Assembly (NCBI RefSeq): GCF_031769215.1
Contig: NW_026782401.1
Coordinates: 992,001 to 1,056,000 of the forward strand
From: Ylistrum balloti
Lineage: Eukaryota
Length of the DNA: 64,000 nt
Direction: 5' to 3'
Part shown: piece after piece, positions 52,471 to 64,000 of the stretch
Position numbering within the stretch: position 1 is the stretch's first letter
Layout: each line of letters starts with the position of its first letter
Program-made: the position numbers and the translations under genes
Notes under the pieces: model-generated
Seen by the model: the letters and a program-made list of their open reading frames with translations, nothing else
The model's database searches: none
Told to the model about the DNA's origin: nothing

Positions 52471-55400
52471 GAAACAAATCCAATTAAGATCATAATCACG
52501 TTTAGAAAATATTTTCTGTAGTTTACATCATTATTTGTTGTTGTTTATTTTGGTTTCTTTAACCAAAAATGGTTTCTTTTTTCATGTGAGTATGCTAATG
52601 TCAAATGATATATTTTCAAACATTTAAAGAATTTCTATCGTTGTTGATAATGCCTTCAACAGTGGAAGACTCAAAAGATCCAAAAGAAAGTACACTGGAT
52701 TGATGCAAACTGCTGAACAATAAAAAGACAACTATTGCTAACTAGTTCCAATTCAGAAGTACTGCAAACATAAAGGATAAAACAGTTTACTTGATATTAT
52801 ATCAAATTACTTGGAAATATACTATTAATTATCGACAGTAGCGTTAGGGTGATGGTCAACCTATAGTTCAGGATGGTTGGTAATATCTATAGCATTGTGA
52901 ATTTATTGAGGGTCATTATTTGAATTTACTCCCGTGAGTGTCATGAAGTTTAATAGAGTGATTAAAACTCTAGTTTTATTTCTTAAATGATGTACGAGCA
53001 GATTCAGATTGTGAATTCAACATTGCTTAGGTAGGTAGGTAGATAAGGATATAAGATATATTAGGAGTTTGATGTCATATATAACGCTTTCAGATATATC
53101 AACCAACAATGTAGTATATTACAATAACTGCTGCAAATTGGTTTCCTTAACACTTTTATTATATCAAGAACAATGTTATAAGATAAAGTATTTTTTCTTC
53201 AGAAAATGAATTTATAAGTAGAACCTACATCTATCTGAAGGTCTAAATGTTGTATAGATATAAAAGTCTAAAATTCAAAGAAAAACTGTTTCAATTTGTT
53301 TAAAAACATTATAATGTAGTACATTGGAACGAGTTCTTTCACACGTGCCAATTACTGAGTATTAGCCTTCCCTTTATCACCTCTTGATAGGTCCAGTACG
53401 TATCGTAAATTTGTCATAATATCTACATTATTGTATATAACATTTGAAATGTTTGAATGCATATTTTTTTCTTTCCCTAAATTCTACAGTTATCAATGAT
53501 CATTAATTCTTAATTGATATCACAATGTTTTGTTTCGCTACATAAATATTCAACTTTTTATGGATCTTTTGATGATTTTTAAAAGTGGCTTGTAAACCAA
53601 AAATATATTTTTACTTATGAAATCCAAAATGTGTAATTCATTCATAGCACTCTATTATAGCTTTCGTGTATTAGGAGGATTCACCTGGGTCGGGTATTCT
53701 TTATACCTATTGAAGTTTGTCTATGAAGCTAAACCAGATAATGGCGCCTTTTACGTGAACAGTTTCATATCACTGCATATATCTCGTCTTAATATATAAA
53801 AAGATGATATCTAATTAAACATAGACATTCCAGGCTTTAGTCTGACCTTGTCGTCTTTATATACAATGTTTTATATCCTGTGTCTGGTGATATCTAGCGG
53901 TTGTCTCCTTCAACATCATTGATTACCACTGTACAATTAGATTGACCACATTTTGTAGTTCATGTTATGTAACCTCCCGTTTTAGTCAGACACTGTTTAA
54001 AAAGACATAAATTATTGCATTTTGAAACAACATTACTTTGATGATAAACGTTTGTTTATGACTGGTGTTACATATAGTAACATTTATGAAGAAAAAAACA
54101 ATAAATTAACAATGAATATACTGTTTCCATGCAAAAACAAAAGGTCAGAATGCATTTACATGTCACAAATCATGACGATTGACAAAGGTAGTTTTTATAA
54201 ATTATAAATTAGACTCAACTGATGAAAAGAGTTGGCCTTTTTTATTCAACTTTTAAAGGTATGTGTCTGTTTAAGTTTAACTAGTACACCACCATGGATA
54301 CCGAAGTCCAAAAGCATCGGTGCATGCTTTTGCATGCACACTTGTTGCTGCGATGAAGGGGAGGAAACTGTGATATGGAAATATGCCATTGTAATTTTTT
54401 TTCTATTTTTTCCATTCTTTTTTTTTCATAATGATGCAGGATAGCTCTTCTTCGAAACATTTTTGTTTTGTTATATGGCAGTATTTTGCGAATCCTTACA
54501 ATTTTGTTTTATCTTTAAGAATTATAGTTTTAGATTTTGATTTGTTATATCAATCAGCAATTAATATTGATAATTTCATTAATGAGAAGTATTCTGGAAT
54601 ACCACCTTAATCACATACCTTGTATTTCATAATTGATACTCAGGTATTCCCAATAACTGTTTGATATTTCAAAAACAATTCCTTTTAATGTCAACAATGA
54701 TATATGATTCATTGCATGAATTCCATTATATTTACACCAATGCAAAACAATTTCCTTTTTGATTTGAAAGGTAATATCAGTAGTTAACACTGAATTTAAA
54801 TGTGTGTCAAAACGACAGCAGCACTGCATTTGTGATTAAGTCATTCACATTGTCATGAATGCATACCTTAATGTCAAATATGACATTTCTTTTGGAATAA
54901 TTCATTTGTCACTAAAGGAAACATCAAGCATTGTTGTTAATTTATTTATAGTAATCCGTCATTTTTCTAAACTAATTTAATTATTTTTATTACAATGTGT
55001 TGTTAGTTTGTTCTTATTCATTTTAATCGTGCCATTTATTGCATCGCTGTGCTATTCATATGCTCATTGTACGTAATATTAGTCATAACAAGTGTTATCT
55101 TCTTAAAGTTTTGCATAGTTGGCGTCATATAATATGTTGCCCGACATCCTATCTCTTTATGAAGGAATTATCAATTTGTCAAACTGATGTTCTAAATCAT
55201 TATCATCCTATTGTGCATATAGAAAAGTCTCAGTGAGCAATGTACTACTTTCAAGTTTCTCGTCAATATCATCACGTTTAAGGTATTTTTTAACCTATGA
55301 TACCAGTACATGTCGTATGTCAAACCAAGGGACCTTGGTATTTATAGAAAAAAGAGAAGATCTGTCTGGTTATACAATGATTTATCATTTTCTTCACCAG

Positions 55401-57361
55401 AGAGTTCCGTCATAAAGCGTATGATTCAAGACATTGGAAATGCAAGGTATTGTCGTTGCTGTCAGATGTAGTCCTTACAAAGTCCCGTATTAACTTTTCC
55501 TAATCATAGACTACTGTTTAAAGTATAGAAGTCTTGGTTTAGATAGATGTGGGATATATATAATGAATTGTCATGTATAGCATTGACTAGTCAAGCATAT
55601 TTATATACCCTTGTACAGCTTTAACAATGGTTTGTTTTCGTAGTCAAACATAGTCATAATGTTCGTACAGAAAGCATTTTTGAATAAATGAAAAACCCAT
55701 ATATCTCTTTTGTCAGATACCATATATTAATTCATCGTGTAACCACACATCAATAACTCCTGACACCATGTTAGGTGTATTTGAATGAATTATCATAACA
55801 CATTTATCATTTAACTGTAGTTATAAATATAGATATAATCATGTAGTAATTTATCATTGTTCCTTACTCAGTTCCTGTGCAACAACCAAAGGTTTTCAGA
55901 CACCTTTGTCAATAATAAAAAGTAATTCACATTTTAATATGTTTAATAGCTTTTTCCGGTAAATTCTGTCATATCATAATGTATATTTAAGAAAATCTAC
56001 ATCTAAGAAATTGCACTTCTTAAAAATAATTTCAATAGCAGATTTTTTTCTGCTCATTCTATCTTGTTAAGATATAAAGTATTTGCTTTCCGACATCTCA
56101 ATGAAGCAACATATTTGTAAACGAGAATATTCACTTATGCCAAGACAGTGATATGTGTACGATGGTTGGAACGTAATTACAATACTTACGTCACGATGAT
56201 GATAAAACATTGAAAAATATTTCTGATACTTATCTTATTTGTTTTACATCAATTACAAACATTTACCTATAAAAAGAATGAACTCTATATCTATATGTAG
56301 AGATCAATGGATACCAAAACTATCATAATTGTTAATTGAATTTTGTTTTTCCGTGCCTAACCAAAAATTTAAGTGGTTTCTGAATAGTATAGTTTGGCAC
56401 GTGGGAAAACTCATATATCATGTAAAGCACATACTAAGAGTAAACGAATGATAAAAGTCATTGGATTATCAATATGGTTGGTCATGCAGTTATACTTTCA
56501 ACATATATTTCTATCACTATTATATATGTCATTTGCATTGTTTCTATATCATTCATATTGTATCACAAATGAGTTGCCCCTTTAACAAGGAAATATATTG
56601 CTGTACCCTGGATTTATACAAGTCCTCAAGTCGGTTTCCTTTTTCATGTGTAGGAATGTTAAGATTGTGTAAGGGTATTGAATGCACTCAAAATGTTGCA
56701 ATTACAATGTTTAAAATTGCCTCTTCTTTTTTCTATATATATTTAGAACATCTGTAAAGTACATATGGACTACAGCCAACAACATATACCATTTTTTACA
56801 TGGAATGTAGGTTAAAACCGCATATGAAAATCGATATTTAAATTTGAAATTCCATACTCCGATATTAACTGACCTTCTTTGTTAATCTAACACACAGATC
56901 TTACTAAAAGTGCAAAAAAATTAAAAGATTGTGATTTGTATAAGAGGAAATTTAGTTATCTTTTGGCAAATTCAGCGTTTCTTATCTTTTTGATCAAATC
57001 TCTTCAGCTGATACAACGTTAGATAAGGTTTTTAATGTTCTGATTTGATTTCCTGAAAAAGAATCTTGTGATACCAATCAGCATGTGTCAGTAAGAAGAC
57101 AGCATGCCTCGAATGCACTCAATTAAACAAACCACCCATAATTAAGTTGTTTACCGAGCTAACAATATCATCTAACAAATAAAATATCTGGAAAAAATCA
57201 TAATTATTTCATTTTTAACCAAATAATGCGCCAGTAGGAAATTAATATACAGCAAGAGTTCCAATAGATTTTGTACTGTTTAAATATCTAGCATAACTGT
57301 AGATTTAGGATCCGTGGTTTACTTTACTTATTTATAATCATACAATTTCACTCTTTCAGAT

Positions 57362-57425
57362 ATGCTAACGGAGGCAGACAATTTACGACTTGTTCACTGT
57401 TGAAATGAATCCAAGAAGTCTTTGA
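57362..57425 (+). promoter_or_regulatory. Two upstream ORFs in the Antp 5' leader
   Basis: ATG 57362 to TGA 57403 encodes MLTEADNLRLVHC. ATG 57405 to TGA 57425 encodes MNPRSL, in the same frame as the main ORF. Both stop before the main ATG at 57465. They only matter if this region is in the mRNA. Confidence 0.5.
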
Positions 57426-57464
57426 TCTTACGTGCTGTACAGGCAGAGAGTTTTTTTTAGTAAG

Positions 57465-57987
57465 ATGTATAGGAAAGTCAACTCTTATTTGCCGAACTCG
57501 ATTCCGTCCTACTTTAGAACAGGAAACACGTGCGATGCCGGAAGTGGTAACGCATGCGAAGTTCGGCATTCAGATAGTCTACATGATAACCCAGGGTATT
57601 ATCATCAACATTACGTTTCATACAGTTCTACTATGGACGTTGCTCCCCCTGGAGGCAGAACGCCATATATGCATCCCCATATATTTAGTGCAAATAGCCA
57701 TAGAGTGCCATCCATAGTGAAAGAGTTTCAGAAAGATTTGTCTAATACTAACATTAGCACCTCTCACAATTGTGTTACTAAAGACGATCCTGATAAATTC
57801 CCTCTTACATCCATTAGAGAACTTAGCGTATTCCCAAGAACGGTTTCTATGTCAGCCGATGTTGGTAGTCCGACAGAGGATTCGCTGGACAACCTGACAG
57901 AGAAGAAATCGACAAGCGGTGATGAAAGCCAAGACAGCGACTATAGTCCTAGTAAACCCTTCTACCCTTGGATGAAAAGTCAATTTG
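57465..57987 (+). CDS. Antp: Antp/Hox7-class Hox protein, coding exon 1 (N-terminus to hexapeptide)
   Basis: First true ATG in the 57432..58025 ORF is at 57465 (MYRKVNSYLPNSIPSYF, containing SSYF-like motifs). The exon ends in the hexapeptide region KPFYPWMKSQF-G, which resembles Drosophila Antp LYPWMRSQFG. A phase-1 donor tttg|GTCAGT follows at 57987/57988. The exact start codon is less certain than the rest. Confidence 0.92.
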
Positions 57988-59517
<1,530 letters not shown>

Positions 59518-60820
59518 CCTATATGAAAACCTTGGTAACGTGGCTATATCATGTGATACTGGATGTTTAAACCTAGGTCACGTGCGAAACACTATGCAGG
59601 ACTAAAGGATATTCTAACGGACACGGACGTTTTATGTAAGCATATAATATATATATTAGCTGGTTACTATGGAAATCGGAATATTATCACTGATTTTGTT
59701 TTCAAATGAATAGCAACAATGAACATGAAAAATGTGAAAGTGAAATTAAATGAGATATATCTAAACCAAGTGGATTGTAATTCTTTGGAAGATGATAGAT
59801 AGATTCACAGGTAAATCAGCCAAGTGTGTTGATTAGAATTAATTGCATAATATAGCAGTCCTCCATGACAGTGGTGACGTTAATCTTTATCACAAAATAA
59901 TTTTAGAATATCAAAAATTACCATTATGTTCAAGCACTTAAAACATGGGTTATTATCATATGTAAATAAAGGTAAGTGTGATCAGTGGACGCTAATTATA
60001 TTATGTATTAATTATTAGGAATGTTCTGTTAATTAGTATGGAGTTATCAATTCTAACAAGCATTTCAAGGGGTTTTTTTCTGAAACGGCGGTTTCTATGT
60101 GAAAAACGCTGGCTAACTAAATTAAAGCCATGTTTGTATAGAGTTAATGCGATATAGTGTTTAACAGCACTAATTCAACTCTGTGTAATTGATACGTGTA
60201 GGTAGTTTGACTACTCAAGGAAGGTTTTAATATTTTTTCTACTAAGGAATCTTAACAATATCGACAATTTGTTTATGAAGTTTAATTGAAGAATTTCGGT
60301 AAATGTAAATGGATTCAGGCAACACAAACACTTGTAGTAGCGTACATTTGTAAAATTAATATGAAACAGATATAATCGGGGTGTATATTACTTCATCGTC
60401 AAAATATTTATACATATGTACGTATTGTACAAAAATCGACCGACTGTCAATACCATATTTATACAAGTAGAAATGGTATAGTTGTGTAGATATGTAAACT
60501 ATATTCGTAAAAGCATATATCATAATGACGACGAAATATCGGATAATTCACTCTGCCTACTTTAAATTCGTTTCATATAATATACATTTTATATATACAA
60601 TTTACAAAAGAAAATTCTATATTTTGTCTTGTCCTCTGTTGATAGCAGTCTTTCTACTCCGTTCTAAAAACGGGCTTTGTGATTTGATTGTTGGCGCTTG
60701 TACTGCTAATCATGAAACAATTCTATGCAAATAAAAATAAATATCAAAATATGTATTTGGTTATTTTTTATTATTATTATTATTTAACTTGTTTAGATAT
60801 TGGCTTGAGCAATAAATAAA
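59518..60820 (+). other. Antp: Probable Antp 3' UTR with candidate poly(A) signals
   Basis: AATAAA occurs at 59965, 60730, 60736, 60811 and 60815, the last four clustered. The true end cannot be determined, and an N gap follows at 60871. Confidence 0.45.
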
Positions 60821-60870
60821 CCGCATCACACATTCGCTTATTATGTATATAATTATTTTTATAACATACT

Positions 60871-61050
60871 NNNNNNNNNNNNNNNNNNNNNNNNNNNNNN
60901 NNNNNNNNNNNNNNNNNNNNNNNNNNNNNNNNNNNNNNNNNNNNNNNNNNNNNNNNNNNNNNNNNNNNNNNNNNNNNNNNNNNNNNNNNNNNNNNNNNNN
61001 NNNNNNNNNNNNNNNNNNNNNNNNNNNNNNNNNNNNNNNNNNNNNNNNNN
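60871..61050. other. Assembly gap (180 N)
   Basis: Run of N. Confidence 1.
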
Positions 61051-64000
61051 TTGTTTCGTATGTGAAAGGTTCTCTTTCTTTTAAGACGTCAAGATTTCGA
61101 TTCTGATTGATAAACGGATTCAATATAATGGCAAATGGGAAAAATGAATAATTGATTTAAATTTCTCTTCCTTATCTACTTTTATGGCAATAACAAATGT
61201 ATCCGATTTATAATACATTGTGTCGTAAAGAATGAGGTTAGTCATACATTTGCCACGGGCAACGAAGCGATAGAAATGTAAAAATGATGAGATGGAATTA
61301 TCACACAATCTAACATACGATATATCGTTTTAATAAACTGTCTATAATACAATTGTTACTTTATAAGTTATGCCAAAGAATATTATCATATATTTGTGTA
61401 ACAGAGTAAAAACCAAAACATAATTTTCAACTGTCCAAAAACGCATTAAAATGTGAAAACTATCGAAAAATTCAGTGAAATATATTCATGTGAGATCGAA
61501 AAGAAATGGATTTGACAATATGACAGTTAAACTATGCATCACTTAATAAAATGTGTATGATATCTGAATCCTTTTGGTAGAGTTTACCTTTCTGAGTGTA
61601 TTCTATAGCCATGTTGCGTCTTATTCATGTTGTTTTACATGATAAGATACTAAAAAGTTTCAAATTATCACACATCAAACAGAAATTTAGATAATTTATT
61701 GTAACCATGCTTTTATTTGTAGATATTGCAATATCACAAGCTAGTAAACAAATCCAAATAATACAAAAGCCGATTAAAGCAATATAACATTTTTTCAAGA
61801 ACTAGGTCCATAATTTTTGGTAATGTGGTCCATAGCTTTGCTTCATTTTATTACATGTTTATTAGTCTCATTATGTATGTACCTATATTAATATTTTAAT
61901 ACCGTACGTATGTAAATTAGTGTGTAAAAGCAAAGTAGATATTGAAAGCTATTTGATAATAATAACCACCATTTATTTAAAATGAAATTATATATATTGT
62001 GAAATAAATTATTCTATATATTATTCAACGTTCTATTATGGAATATGTGTTATTGTATATTCATATAAATAAATTATCAAAGACATACTTGCATATATAC
62101 ATATTTCCTTATAAATATGTCTTTTGTTAAAATTTTGCCCTAGTTTGGAGTTTGAATTCAGATTTTGTTGACATGTTGGTATTTTTTATGTTGTGGTTAA
62201 ACTCATCCTTATTTTTCCTTTCTAAAACCATAAATAGTTAAGAACATTTTGTCTTTATTTTTGTTCTTATCATCACAATTATCCTCAAAAACAATTCTAT
62301 GATACAGGTAATGAATGGCTTTCTAAATATTATTTATCAGTATCTAATCAATCATATAAATGTGTTTTTTACTTTAAAGATTTATGGACTCTAAAATACT
62401 CCACGCGCACGTCTTGGGTTTACGCTGTCACGTGTGTTGTGAGTGTTGCATGTGCTGTTTGTTTTTTCTTGAATAGTTTTGTTTTCATCAACAAACTAAA
62501 CGTCTCCTATCCCTTTCAAAGAAAATGTTAGTGAGGAGAGAATCTCCAGTCGACAGCATCTAAATCTGGTATCGAATACTTTGTTAATGGAGCTTTGGAG
62601 ATCAACATTCGTTTCGAATGGTAAAATCTAATTAATCTCCATGAAAATGTATGTGTGTGCGTCTGTCCTTTGCTAGCCCCCGTCTGTGTTACTGAACTAT
62701 TTTTACCTACTGTGAGATCAAACTTTATCTTCAGCCACTTCCAAACAATAAATCTCAATTTAGACTCATTATGCATCTGGCTATACCACAAACGCGCCTT
62801 GTTCTGAAATACTCACACAAATCGTTTATGTCAAGCTGTCTCTATCCTGTAGTAACATATCTGCTTCAGAGTGGGTTATGTAACATCGGAATCAGAAAAG
62901 ACTTCAATTAAAAACCAATTAATGTAAAGGATATTCACTTATGATTTGCCGTTTTCTGATGATTAGTTTCTGGTTTGGTATGCATTTTCAATGTCTTTCA
63001 TTAAGGGTGCAGTATACCTCTCGTCGCTTGATAATCATAGTTCATAGTTATGGTAAATCATACATAATTATTTAATGAAAACCATCACTCAAACAAGACA
63101 TTGCTATTTATATTCATATTTTCCAATTCATCAAATAGCTTTGACATGGCCAACTTTCAATAGTTTTATCTACTTTCATCTTACCGTTCCATTCCATAAG
63201 GACAGCAAAACCTGTAATATCAAAATAATTTTCAATGTAGAGGATTTATTTTTATGTCAGTATATCTCGCTCTTTTACATCTGAATTGGTAACATTTTTT
63301 CTACTATCATCTTTAATTACAGCTTATTGGTAGTGAATAATTTGTTTAAGTTAAATGCAATGAAATTTGGAACACTTTCCCGTAGCCCTAACTGTTTTTT
63401 TTTCAAATTTTTGAGTTTGATAATTTAAATGTCATTTGATAAAATGTTATTTTTAATTTGTGTATCGGCAAATTCAATTATTTGTTTTATATGGTAAAAG
63501 TGATATTCTGATTGATGGTTGTATTATGCTTTAAAAACTAGTCAATTACCGTATTTGTGCTATTATCAAACTGAATGTTGTCTATATACCTCAAGGCAAT
63601 AGGCTGTTAAATGGTCAAAATTAATAACGACATTAGTCCGGATCAAAAGATTCAATTTATGTTGTTTAAATAATGGAAAACACCCAATGTGTTAGTAAGT
63701 CTCCAAGTGTTAAGTAATGGTTTTTGAACGAACATTTTCTCCTATTTACGTGTGAAGATATTAATCAGAGTAAATTTGTTCGATTTTATTTTTGAAATAA
63801 GTCACTTAAGATTTCTCGATATATTTAGAGTAATTAAAACTGTTATGAAGGCAATTTCTAGAAGGACAATTAGAAGAAACATGCAATTGCTCTTTGGAAT
63901 ATTCAGGAAAATTGTCGACATTTTATCTTTAGAAAATAAATTACAGACTTTTATCTTTTGTCTACCTTCTACGTTTCATCTTTGGAATGATCATAACTAT

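Noticed and set aside
57432-57464. GTG start and read-through to 58025 given in the ORF track; also the TTG start at 59272
   Set aside because: Eukaryotic spliced gene. The first ATG is at 57465, and the ORF ends extend into intron sequence.

Overview
This is AT-rich (about one third GC by eye) animal genomic DNA with three short assembly gaps. Only one intact protein-coding gene can be supported: a two-exon Antp/Hox7-type Hox gene on the + strand (join 57465..57987, 59282..59517; 252 aa). It has a FYPWMKSQFG hexapeptide region and a homeodomain 57/60 identical to Drosophila Antp as I recall it, with no Lox5 or Ubd-A parapeptide. The 57 kb upstream holds no other recognisable gene. It contains decayed transposons: a mariner transposase pseudogene, a Penelope-like (probably Naiad-type) RT relic with three copies of its 3' trailer, a pair of MITE-like elements, a probable SINE and a probable Helitron-like end. 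It also contains minisatellites and several GC/CpG-richer islands that look cis-regulatory. The repeat families and the Hox type suggest a lophotrochozoan, probably a bivalve mollusc (inference). The most interesting unexplained signals are: (1) a series of nuclear-receptor elements upstream of Antp (a perfect DR2, a perfect DR4, a near-perfect DR4 and two half-site clusters); (2) hints of an upstream non-coding exon or distal promoter plus two uORFs; (3) a YY1/Pho plus Cdx/posterior-Hox motif cluster in the intron. All regulatory claims are motif-level and untested. Most ORFs in the supplied track are spurious.
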